Origin: Macrostomum hystrix
Lineage: Eukaryota > Animalia > Platyhelminthes
Reading direction: 5' to 3'
Assembly (NCBI GenBank): GCA_950097015.1
Contig: CATNEN010000029.1
Location: forward strand, 7,006,001-7,070,000
Length of the DNA: 64,000 nt
A program made the translations under genes and the position numbers. Shown here in pieces: positions 13,120-24,615 of the stretch (its first letter is position 1; every line of letters begins with the position of its first letter). Below the pieces are notes generated by a model that saw nothing but the letters and a program-made list of their open reading frames with translations, ran no database searches and was not told the origin of the DNA.

Positions 13120-14675
13120 ACACCTCACAGACACCTCAAAGGCTGGGTGTTCTTTCTCAAAGGACACTGTCTGGGTGTCCACCTCAAAGACACTCCAAAG
13201 ACGGGCTTGGGATCCAACCATAAGAACACCTCACAGACACCTCACAGACACCTCAAAGACAGGCTGGGTTATCTATCTAAAAAGACGCACAAGAGACACC
13301 TCACAGACACCTCAAAGACACCTCACAGACACCTCAAAGACACCTCAAAGACAGGCTGGTTTATCTAACTAAAAGGACGCACCAGAGACGCCTCACAGAC
13401 ACCTCAAAGACAGGCTGGGTTATCTAACTAAAAAGACACACCAGAGACACCTCACAGACACCTCAAAGACACCTCACAGACACCTCAAAGACACCTCAAA
13501 GACAGGCTGGTTTATCTAACTAAAAGGACGCACCAGAGACGCCTCACAGACACCCCAAAGACAGGCTGGGTTATCTAACTAAAAAGACGCACCAGCGACA
13601 CCTCACAGACACCTCAAAGACACCTCAAAGACAGGCTGGTTTATCTAACTAAAAAGACGCACCAGAGACACCTCACAGACACCTCAAAGACACCTCAAAG
13701 ACAGGCTGGTTTATCTAACTAAAAAGACGCACCAGAGACACCTCACAGACACCTCAAAGACACCTCAAAGACAGGCTTGTTTATCTAACTAAAAAGACGC
13801 ACCAGAGACACCTCACAGACACCTCAAAGACACCTCAAAGACAGGCTGGTTTATCTAACTAAAAAGACACACCAGAGACACCTCACAGACACCTCAAAGA
13901 CCCCTCAAAGACAGGCTGGGTTATCTAACTAAAAAGACACACCAGAGACACCTCACAGACACCTCAAAGACACCTCACAGACACCTCAAAGACACCTCAA
14001 AGACAGGCTGGTTTATCTAACTAAAAGGACGCACCAGAGACGCCTCACAGACACCCCAAAGACAGGCTGGTTTATCTAACTAAAAAGACGCACCAGCGAC
14101 ACCTCACAGACACCTCAAAGACACCTCAAAGACAGGCTGGTTTATCTAACTAAAAAGACGCACCAGAGACACCTCACAGACACCTCAAAGACACCTCAAA
14201 GACAGGCTGATTTATCTAACTAAAAAGACGCACCAGAGACACCTCACAGACACCTCACAGGCACCTCAAAGACAGGCTGGTTTATCTAACTAAAAAGACG
14301 CACCAGAGACACCTCAAAGACACCTCACAGGCACCTCAAAGACAGGATGGGTTATCTAACTAAAAAGACGCACCAGAGACACCTCAAAGACACCTCACAG
14401 GCACCTCAAAGACAGGCTGGTTTATCTAACTAAAAAGACGCACCAGAGACACCTCAAAGACACCTCACAGGCACCTCAAAGACAGGCTGGTTTATCTAAC
14501 TAAAAAGACGCACCAGAGACACCTCAAAGACACCTCACAGGCACCTCAAAGACAGGCTGGTTTATCTAACTAAAAGGACGCACCAGAGACACCTCACAGA
14601 CACCTCAAAGACAGGCTGGGTTATCTAACTAAAAAGACACACCAGAGACACCTCACAGACACCTCAAAGACAGGC
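13120..14675. repeat. ~59-81-nt (mode 70) minisatellite built from 11-nt subrepeats GACACCTCA(A/C)A plus GACAGGCTGGTTTATCTAACTAAAAAGACGCACCAGA
   Basis: Read directly. The number of 11-mers per unit varies from 2 to 4. Confidence 0.95.
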
Positions 14676-15379
14676 TGGGAGGAAATGCACAAAACTCACA
14701 AAAAACATACTCCACTTTACAGTCACCATTTGAAAAAACCGTTTAAACAAATACTTCCAATGCACAGTCTGCAAAGCGTGCTTCCCAAGGAAGGCATGAC
14801 TCAATTTTATTTAGGATTTGTTATCTGACTATAGTTTGTGTTCGCTTAATTTAGTTGGCTTCTCTTAAAATGGCAAAATTCAATCAAAGATAAAATGATT
14901 TCAGGGTGAGGTGGTGCGTCACATGCAAACCTGGCTTTGTGGGAAAAACTCTTGAAACTTATCAGCTGCTGGTTTCGCTCGAGCTTCCCAATAGCTAGTC
15001 AAAGCCGCGCTAGTTTTATCGCAAACAATGTCGACGGTTCCGTTCAATTTGTTCCCGTCTACTAGTAGAGGTATAATCTAGCTTAAAATGTCTAATAGCT
15101 AGCAATTCATGTAATTCAAGCTCAACTGGGCATTGCTGACAAAATTATTTGGGAAGAGAAAAATCTAAATTTCGCGTGACTCGAGTATTTCTTTTTTCCG
15201 ATAAGAAATTTGACAAAATTATTTTTCAGTTTTTTCATGTATTTACGTGCATGTTAGTCCTGTTCAATGCAAGCCTTTTGAAATATTTTCTAGATTGAAC
15301 AACTATAAATGGCAACAAAAGAAGCCAAAATTTCTTTGTAATTCATTTTAACTCATCAAGCTTCTATATGAAGCCTCCA

Positions 15380-18265
15380 TGTTAGAAAAGCTTCAGGTTT
15401 GAGCAGTTTCCTGGCAGAAAAGCTTCAGGTTTGAGCAGTTTCCTGGCAGAAAAGCTTCACTTTTAAGCAGTTTCATGGTAGAAAAGCTTCACTTTTAAGC
15501 AGTTTCATGGTAGAAAAGCTTCAGGTTTGAGCAGTTTCATGGCAGAAAAGCTTCAGGTTTGAGCAGTTTCAGTGTAGAGAAGCTTCAGGTTTGAGCAGTT
15601 TCCTGGCAGAAAAGCTTCAGGTTTGAGCAGTTTCCTGGCAGAGAAAGCTTCAGGTATTGAGCAGTTTCCTGGCAGAAAAGCTTCAGGTTTGAGCAGTTTC
15701 CTGGCAGAAAAGCTTCAGGTTTGAGCACTTTCCTGGCAGAAAAGCTTCAGGTTTGAGCAGTTTCCTGGCAGAGAAGCTTCAGGTTTGAGCAGTTTCCTGG
15801 CAGAAAAGCTTCACTTTTGAGCAGTTTCCTGGCAGAAAAGCTTCACTTTTGAGCAGTTTCCTGGCAGAAAAGCTTCAGGTTTGAGCAGTTTCCTGGCAGA
15901 AAAGCTTCAGGTTTGAGCAGTTTCCTGGCAGAAAAGCTTCAGGTTTGAGCAGTTTCATGGCAGAAAAGCTTCAGGTTTGAGCAGTTTCATGGAAGAAAAG
16001 CTTCAGGTTTGAGCAGTTTTCCGGCAGAAAAGCTTCAGGTTTGAGCAGTTTCCTGGCAGAAAAGCTTCAGGTTTGAGCAGTTTCATGGTAGAGAAGCTTC
16101 AGGTTTGAGCAGTTTCCTGGCAGAAAAGCTTCAGGTTTGAGCAGTTTCATGGCAGAAAACCTCCAGGTTTGAGCAGTTTCCCGGCAGAAAAGCTTCAGGT
16201 TTGAGCAGTTTCCTGGCAGAAAAGCTTCAGGTTTGAGCAGTTTCCTGGCAGAAAAGCTTCAGGTTTGAGCAGTTTCCTGGCAGAAAAGCTTCAGGTTTGA
16301 GCAGTTTCATGGAAGAAAAGCTTCAGGTTTGAGCAGTTTCCCGGCAGAAAAGCTTCAGGTTTGAGCAGTTTCATGGCAGAAAACCTCCAGGTTTGAGCAG
16401 TTTCCTGGCAGAAAAGCTTCAGGTTTGAGCAGTTTCCTGGCAGAAAAGCTTCAGGTTTGAGCAGTTTCCTGGCAGAAAAGCTTCAGGTTTGAGCAGTTTC
16501 CCGGCAGAAAAGCTTCAGGTTTGAGCAGTTTCCTGGCAGAAAAGCTTCAGGTTTGAGCAGTTTCCCGGCAGAAAAGCTTCACTTTTGAGCAGTTTCCTGG
16601 CAGAAAAGCTTCAGGTTTGAGCAGTTTCCTGGCAGAAAAGCTTCAGGTTTGAGCAGTTTCCTGGCAGAAAAGCTTCAGGTTTGAGCAGTTTCCTGGCAGA
16701 AAAGCTTCAGGTTTGAGCAGTTTCCTGGCAGAAAAGCTTCAGGTTTGAGCAGTTTCCTGGCAGAAAAGCTTCAGGTTTGAGCAGTTTCCTGGCAGAAAAG
16801 CTTCAGGTTTGAGCAGTTTCCTGGCAGAAAAGCTTCAGGTTTGAGCAGTTTCATGGCAGAAAAGCTTCAGGTTTGAGCAGTTTCCTGGCAGAAAAGCTTC
16901 AGGTTTGAGCAGTTTCCTGGCAGAAAAGCTTCAGGTTTGAGCAGTTTCATGGTAGAGAAGCTTCAGGTTTGAGCAGTTTCATGGCAGAAAAGCTTCAGGT
17001 TTGAGCAGTTTTATGGCAGAAAAGCTTCAGGTTTGAGCAGTTTCCTGGCAGAGAAGCTTCAGGTTTGAGCAGTTTCCTGGCAGAAAAGCTTCAGGTTTGA
17101 GCAGTTTCCTGGCAGAAAAGCTTCAGGTTTGAGCAGTTTCCTGGCAGAAAAGCTTCAGGTTTGAGCAGTTTCATGGCAGAAAAGCTACAGGTTTGAGCAG
17201 TTTCATGGCAGAAAAGCTTCAGGTTTGAGCAGTTTCATGGTAGAAAAGCTCCAGGTTTGAGCAGTTTCCTGGCAGAAAAGCTTCACTTTTGAGCAGTTTC
17301 CTGGCAGAAAAGCTTCACTTTTGAGCAGTTTCCTGGCAGAAAAGCTTCACTTTTGAGCAGTTTCCTGGCAGAAAAGCTTCACTTTTGAGCAGTTTCCTGG
17401 CAGAAAAGCTTCAGGTTTGAGCAGTTTCCCGGCAGAAAAGCTTCAGGTTTGAGCAGTTTCATGGTAGAGAAGCTTCAGGTTTGAGCAGTTTCATGGCAGA
17501 AAACCTCCAGGTTTGAGCAGTTTCCCGGCAGAAAAGCTTCAGGTTTGAGCAGTTTCCTGGCAGAAAAGCTTCAGGTTTGAGCAGTTTCCTGGAAGAAAAG
17601 CTTCAGGTTTGAGCAGTTTCCCGGCAGAAAAGCTTCAGGTTTGAGCAGTTTCCTGGCAGAAAAGCTTCAGGTTTGAGCAGTTTCCTGGCAGAAAAGCTTC
17701 AGGTTTGAGCAGTTTCATGGAAGAAAAGCTTCAGGTTTGAGCAGTTTCCTGGCAGAAAAGCTTCAGGTTTGAGCAGTTTCCTGGCAGAAAAGCTTCAGGT
17801 TTGAGCAGTTTCCTGGCAGAAAAGCTTCACTTTTGAGCAGTTTCCTGGCAGAAAAGCTTCAGGTTTGAGCAGTTTCCTGGCAGAAAAGCTTCAGGTTTGA
17901 GCAGTTTCATGGCAGAAAAGCTTCAGGTTTGAGCAGTTTCATGGTAGAGAAGCTTCAGGTTTGAGCAGTTTCATGGCAGAAAAGCTTCAGGTTTGAGCAG
18001 TTTCATGGCAGAAAAGCTTCAGGTTTGAGCAGTTTCATGGTAGAAAAGCTGTAGGGTTGAGCAGTTTCATGGCAGAAAAGCTTCAGGTTTCAGCAGTTTC
18101 ATGGTAGAAAAGCTTCAGGTTTCAGCAGTTTCCTGGTAGAAAAGCTTCAGGTTTCAGCAGTTTCCTGGTAGAAAAGCTTCAGGTTTCAGCAGTTTCCTGG
18201 TAGAAAAGCTGTAGGGTTGAGCAGTTTCATGGCAGAAAAGCTTTGTCAGGTTTGAGCAGTTTCAA
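15380..18265. repeat. 32-nt minisatellite (CAGAAAAGCTTCAGGTTTGAGCAGTTTCCTGG), ~90 copies
   Basis: The period of 32 was checked at 16681/16713. The array is highly homogeneous. Confidence 0.97.
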
Positions 18266-19522
18266 GGCAGAATTAGGAAAGCTGCTGAAAAATCTTTCCC
18301 ATGGTACAGCATTGAAAGGATACCTTAGTGCTGTCCACAGCTGTTCTAAAATGGATGAAACTGTTGAGCCACAGATTGTCGGACAATCTAAAAGGAATCA
18401 AGTGGACCATTCGCTGCTTAAGCAACTAAGCAACAATTGAGGATCATGCATGGTGGCTGGCTAAATTCCTAGTTGAAATAGTCAAAGCGGATGAGAAATT
18501 GTTTTTCTAAAGATTTTCAAATCACTTTCATTTCGTCAATCGGCTTTGGTCGCACCGATTACAGATGCCAATCACACGATTATGTAATCGAAGAGGGTCG
18601 TTAAATTTTACAAATTATGCTATTATATGTTCCTTTCCTTTTTTATAACGCAAAAATGCTGCTATATTCACTCTAACTCGAGGATCATATCAATTCCACA
18701 CCAAAAGAATGATAGCTAACAGTTGCTAAGCGGGTTCTAACAGGTCTAGTGGGTCATGTGTGACTGCAGTCTGGTTTTCATCAAACCATCGAATGCCTCT
18801 ACTAAATACTGTAGCTGAATAGCAATTTAAATTGGTTCGAAAATGTAGAAATCTGTGCTTTCTTAAACAAAGAAGTAAAACACATTGAAGCTCAGGTCAG
18901 TGTTAAGTATTTTTTTAGTTTTTACAGACATACATCAAATATATATCATAATATTTATTATGTGTAACATAGATATGCATTGCTTGTACACATTCGGAAA
19001 GCTGCTTACACCATTTTTTAAGCTTGTTGATGCGCCGTTAACACAAATTTTGGGGGGGAAGCAAGAAAACTACAATTAAATAAAATTGTACCCACTTAAA
19101 ATAAGCACGCGTTTTCGCTTTTCAGCAAGACAAACATCAACGAATATTGAGATTTAGTAGGTGCAGCCTATTAGAAACTAGTCCTACACAGTGAGTTTGC
19201 TTCTAAAAGCAGCTGTGACTCAAATTGACACGTCCCAAACATTGGAGGTTGCAATCAGCTTAGAAGAACATTGAAAAGTGCAGAATAAGAGCGAATTAAG
19301 GACAGTTAGCGGACAGACAGACGACAACTAGTTCACTAGGATAGAGCATCTTTGTCAATAGTGGTTTAATCTCAACTTATACATTCAGAAGTTTCAGAAC
19401 CAGAATGAACTATCATTGTTTAATACAGCCTTTTCTAGTATTGCTTGCATTTGACAAGGCGTGCTTGATTTCAGCCATAGACAAAAGCGTGTTTTCTGTT
19501 CACCACTGCTCAACGTGCGCTC

Positions 19523-22500
19523 TTAGCAGGAGGCCTGTGAAAATGAGAGGCGCCTCTGCCGCGAGGCGATTCCGGTCAGAGCTTGTTGGCGAGAGTCCGT
19601 TGCGTCATCCACTATGCTCAAACACTGCTCAGAATCTTCGTCGATCTCCTTCAACGAAATCGGCGACCTCATAGGGTGGGCAGCGGCAACGCTGACGGAC
19701 AGGTTCAGAGGCGACGGTAGCTGGTTGCCAGCTTCGCAAGAATTGGGAGTCCAGCAGTAGCGAGCCGACTTCCTCCGATTCCCGACATCCGGCGCGACCG
19801 TGTCGGCGGCGTTCGGAGCTGCGTCGGCATCTTCGAATGACGCTCGGCGCTTTCTGATTCCGTCCTCGGCTGGGTGCGACTGAAGTGGGAGGCGAAGGAG
19901 GAACATTTTATAGGATGTGCGTTATCATTTCAAATTTACCAATGTACTTCTTGAGGTATTCGGGGAGTTTTAGCCTAGTGAATGGGGCATTCTACTCACA
20001 CTTAAAGGTCGGGGTTCTATTCCCGACTCCACCGGAACAATTCGTGTCCACTTAAACACTGCAAGACAACTTAACTCTGCGTTGCTTCAGTCCACTCAGC
20101 TGTTAAATTGGTACCAGCATCAGCTGAAGGTGGGTGTGGCGTCAGGCCCCCAGTACATAATAATAATAAGAATAATATTATTATTAAACAAATACTGTAC
20201 GCAGGTACACACTCCCCCAGGTGTGTACATCTGTCCTGACTTTCTCATCGTCAGGCAGTGTACACTCTCACTGTGCCTTGGAGGTTGGCCCTCGAGGTCA
20301 TAAACTTGCACGACCAGCCCACCAAGCCTTCTCTCCGCGGCTGCGCCCCAACTTAATGTGGCCTCGCCGCGGAATCAGGCGCGAGAGGCAAACGCGTTGA
20401 ACGCTCTGCCACTGACCTCCTGCCCCGCAGTCCATGGACTGAACAGGCTGTACACAGCGCTCACCTGCTCCATGTGGCGCCGCAGCTGCCTCGGGCTGGG
20501 GCAGAGCAGGCCGCAGCTCGGGCATGGGCACATGTCCTGCTGGCCTTCCTCCGATGCGCCGTTGCAGCCGCTGCCAACTACAGCTGACTCGCTCCCGGAG
20601 CTGGGCGATGTTGGCTGGTGCTGGTGCTGGTGCTGCTGGAGCTGCTGCTGGAGCTGCTGGCCAGGTGTACCAATGCCGTGCTTGTTGAGCCGGTGTACGC
20701 GCAGGAAATACTTGTTGCACACCTCCTTGCCGCAGACGTCGCAGCGAATGCGCTGCTGAGCTGGCGAGCCGCCGGTGGAACGCGAGACGGCGGCTGCGGC
20801 GGCGGCGGCGGCTGCCGTTGGTGACAACACGGCAGAATTGCCGGTGGGTGACGACGCAGTCATAGAGGATGAAGCTGTCGGAGACACTGCGATGGGATCA
20901 GTAATGGGGGAGAAAGAAGATAGAAACTCCAGTTTAGAACGCACGATAGGATGTGTTTTGCTGGAACTCTGGGCTAGGTAACTAAGGAAGCCAGGGTAAC
21001 TAAGGAAGCCAGGGTAACTAAGGAAGCCAGGGTAGCTAAGGAAGCCAGGGTAACTAAGGAAGCCAGGGTAACTAAGGAAGCCAGGGTAACTAAGGAAGCC
21101 AGGGTAGCTAAGGAAGCCAGGGTAACTAAGGAAGCCAGGGTAACTAAGGAAGCCAGGGTAACTAAGGAAGCCAGGGTAACTAAGGAAGCCAGGGTAACTA
21201 AGGAAGCCAGGGTAACTAAGGAAGCCAAGGTAACTAAGGAATCCACGGTAACTAAGGAATCCACGGTAACTAAGGAATCCACGGTAACTAAGGAATTTTA
21301 ACTAAACAAAGCGATTGACTGTAATATTTGAAGAGGAATTTTTTAGCAAACAAAACGTTGAAGACAAACGACGGTTATAAGAATTCTGTAACTAACCCGC
21401 CATCAGGTAAATTTGTGTCTCTAAACAGCTGCTCGGTTCGAATCGTCAACTAGGCTATCGGACAAAAGAGAGAATGTATCCGCGCGCGCTTCAAAACCTC
21501 AGCCATCCACTTCCTTGGCAATTACAGCATCGGCATGGGATCTAGAGGAGAGGGGACAATAGGCCTCAAAAATTGATACTCTTGTACCGACGAGTTCGGC
21601 CCTTTCTTCTATTCTCCGTTGGCTTTAAAAAACAACAGCCAAAAGGCGGATCAAAAAGTTAAGGAAATTCCATCTCGTTGGCAAACGGAATTTCTTTTAA
21701 TCTACATGCAATTTCTTTTACTTTGCTTTTTTATTTGTTTTTAGCTTTCGAGGCCGGGCAAAATGAGGGGCGAAAGGCTGGGGCAGGAAAGTTGGGAATG
21801 AAAGGGGAAAAACTTTATTAGAAGATGAAAAACCCTGATGGCATATGATGCGCCTGCTCAACCCCCGGTGCCTCTTTGACTACCCCATCCTTTTTGTCTT
21901 CTGCTTCAATTGAAAGAAAGAGTCGGACAAAACAGGCGCTCCGAACTTCACTCAATGGCAACATTGCAACTTTCTTTCGTGCTCAAAGAAAAGGTAAAAG
22001 GCATGAGAATGGGCTGCCGGGTTGCTAGCGAAGGCAAAGCAGGCAACTCAGCCCAACCTGGAGGAAGCTGGGGAAGCTGGACAGAAACAAAAAAAAGTAA
22101 AAATTTTTATGATTGAAATTCCCTGAGTCACGTCTGTCCCCACACGGCCTGTGGAATAGCCTCTCTTTGGAACAAAAAAAGATTTTGTTAGAGGAAATAA
22201 GGCCAGGAACAGAAAAGTTAAAAGCGAAGACACAAGCTCAAGCTAAAACAAGCTTGAATGCATGGACGCTTTTGTCCGAGGACAGGGGAAGCTATTATTA
22301 TTGACTAAGTCAGGGCTGTATTTCACCTCAACAAAGCTTGTTGCAGCGTTAAAAGAAGCTATAGGTTTCATTGCTCTGAAATTGATGCCAATAAATTTGG
22401 CATCCTAAAGATGGGATAATCTATTTATTTGAATAGTTTTTATCAACGGTAAATATCGATACTCTTTCAGCTTGAGCAGCTTAAACGCTTGAGCAGCTCA

Positions 22501-24556
22501 AACATAGAGCATTCTTCTACGCTCTGTTGAGCTAACTTAGTAAAGACTAGCCGTTAGCCTGTGGCTTCAGTTCATTTTTGTGGTAATTTTTCTCAATTCT
22601 GCCCAAGTTACATGCGTGCCATTTCGTGAGGAGCAACTGGTCCGTGTTAAAAAGCAACTGCTAGTATTTTTTTATCAGTTGTCGATCCAGTTTCTCTAAT
22701 CCAGATGTGGAAGACAATGACAATGTTTAGTTGGCATGCAGTTGGAGCACGTTCAAACTTGAGCATAGTCAAAGTCTCTCTCTCTCTCTCGACTATCGCC
22801 TAATGCTGTAATAACCGCTTTGCTTGAGGAAAATTGTCCCCACCAAGCTTAAGTGAAGGAAGACCGATTCGGAAGCAGCAGTCTATGGAAGGAGGTTCTA
22901 GCTTTGTGGTTAGATCGTTGGAATCACGACTTGAAAGTCGGGGGTTCGATTCCCGACTCCACTGAAAAAAAATTGTGTCATTTAGCAAAACGCTTAACTG
23001 GGCATTGCTTCAGTTCACCCCAGCTGTTAAAATGGGTACCAGCATTAGCTAGGGGTAATTGAGAGTGGGTGAGGCGTCCCCCAGTCCATGGACTGAACAA
23101 TAGCTGCGGCTGGGCTGTCGGCTGCACATCTGGCCCAATTGGGGCAGGTGTAATCAATTTATTATTATTATTATTAGAGTCTATGGAAACATGCCCATTG
23201 TAAACACGAGTGCCGAGGTTAGCAAAAGAGAGATTGCAACAGCCCAGTGGTCGAGAGGTCGCGAGTTCGCATTTCAGCCCGGGGAAAACAATTACCTGTC
23301 TCCTTAAGCAAGAAATTTAACTCCCTGGTGCTTTGTTTCTTACCAACGGGCGTCTCAAAAGCCGCGCTCAAAGGTCGAAAAGCTGATGCCGATGTTGTTG
23401 CTATGGCAACGCGTTGTCCATTGACAGCAGAAGCCACCGGCAGAGTCGGAGGCGGCGGTGGCGGCGGCAGCGGCGGCTGCAGTGCCCGAGGGACTCCGTG
23501 AACTTTCTCTTTGTGCGTGCGCAGAAAGTACTTGTTGCACACCTCCTTGCGACAGATGTCGCAGACAACTCGGTCGGCCAGCTTGGCTGCCACCATGGAG
23601 GACTGGAAGGCGTCCAGCTGGTGATGCTGCTGTTGATAGTGCTGATGCTGGAGCTGGTGACGAGCTGCAGAGGACACCAGACTCAAAGCCTGGCTGTGCT
23701 CAACTGAATCCGAAGCGGTCGATGACGAATGCGGCGGCGGAGGCGGCGGTGGCGGAGGCGGCAGCGACAGAGAAACCGAAGTCGGCAGAGGCGGCGGCGG
23801 CGGGGGCGGCGGTGGCGGAGGCACAGCAGCAGCAACGGCGGCCAGCTGGGCATAAGGGCTCATCAAGGCAGCTGGTCCCAGAGCCAGCGGGAAGGAGCCT
23901 AGAAGAAAGGGATTTAATCCCATAGCGGCTAGCAGAGGATTCGCCATTGACAGATCCTGAGAATGTGGATAGTACTGTTGCTGAAGTTGCTGCTGCTGTT
24001 GCTGAAGTTGCTGCTGCTGTTGCAGCCGCTTGTTCCTGTGCTGATGCTGCTGAGCCTCGACGCCGGAGGTCCTAGAAGTTGGCGCAGAGGAGGCGCCCGG
24101 AGCTGCTTGAATGCCGTGCACATCGGCCTTGTGCTTTCGCAGGTAATATTTGTTGCAGAAGAGCTTCTCGCAGTACTCGCAGTAGCTGTCCGGCTGCCCA
24201 GCTTCGTGATGCCCAACAGACGCAGTCGACGCCGAGGCCGCAGTTGCCACTTTCGCTGAATTGTCGACGGCAGCAGCGGCAGCTGCCGGCGGTTCATTGA
24301 CTCTGCTCGGATTGGTCTGCTTGCGTCGACCCGCAACCCCGATCTGCATTGTTGCCATGGAAACCGGCGAGTCGCCTAACTCGTCATTGTCCGCGTAGTT
24401 TTCTTCGTCATCCTTGTCACCATTGGCGTCGTTGTTGTTTTCAGCCGCTGCTTCATCTGGCTTGACGACTCCGGCGTTGCCGGGGCTGGCCAGGTGAGCG
24501 GGAAGAATGCCTCCGTAGCTGGCAGACAGGGCACTCGCGGCTCTCAGGTACCAATC

Positions 24557-24589
<33 letters not shown>

Positions 24590-24615
24590 ACTTTGCTGGC
24601 TCCACAGACTGTTAC
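19523..24615 (-). CDS. C2H2 zinc-finger transcription factor, 4 fingers, polyQ/polyP/polyA tracts
   Basis: Exons 23344-24615 (alternative donor at 23296), 20465-20886 and 19523-19879 are GT-AG with phases 1 then 0. Fingers: CEYCEKLFCNKYYLRKHKADVH, CDICRKEVCNKYFLRTHKEKVH, CDVCGKEVCNKYFLRVHRLNKH, and CPSCGLLCPSPRQLRRHMEQ|SH. The last finger is completed only by splicing, which validates that junction. With the proposed first exon the CDS is 2058 nt = 685 aa. Confidence 0.92.
19961..20455 (+). mobile_element. tRNA/CORE-like SINE, family A, interrupted by a family-B SINE
   Basis: 19961-20157 matches 22891-23090 (GGGGTTCTATTCCCGACTCCAC; TTGCTTCAGTCCACTCAGCTGTTAAATTGGTACCAGCAT). The match resumes at ~20428 (CAGTCCATGGACTGAACA). 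Confidence 0.78.
20158..20420 (-). mobile_element. tRNA-derived SINE, family B, apparently full length
   Basis: The minus strand begins GGAGGTCAGTGGCAGAGCGTTCAACGCGTTTGCCTC (A-box-like) and ends in a TAA/TTA-rich tail. It is homologous to 6826-7060 and 56090-56255. Confidence 0.8.
20975..21295. repeat. 18-nt minisatellite (GGTAACTAAGGAAGCCAG) ~90 nt upstream of a zinc-finger exon acceptor
   Basis: Read directly. It gives the LVTLAS pseudo-ORF. Confidence 0.96.
22891..23177 (+). mobile_element. Full-length tRNA-derived CORE-like SINE (family A) with 11-bp target-site duplication
   Basis: A-box-like TAGCTTTGTGG, B-box GGTTCGATTCC, central TGTGTCATTTAGCAAAACGCTTAAC..TTGCTTCAGTTCACCCAGCTGTTAAAATGGGTACC, and an (ATT)n tail. 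AGTCTATGGAA flanks both sides (22880-22890 and 23178-23188). Confidence 0.9.

Noticed and set aside
22891-22965. tRNA-like sequence with A and B boxes
   Set aside because: No convincing cloverleaf. It continues into a SINE body with tail and TSD, so it is a SINE head and not a tRNA gene.
23247-24336. Several alternative-frame and antisense ORFs over the zinc-finger exon
   Set aside because: These are by-products of GC-rich trinucleotide-repeat coding sequence. Only one frame carries the fingers.
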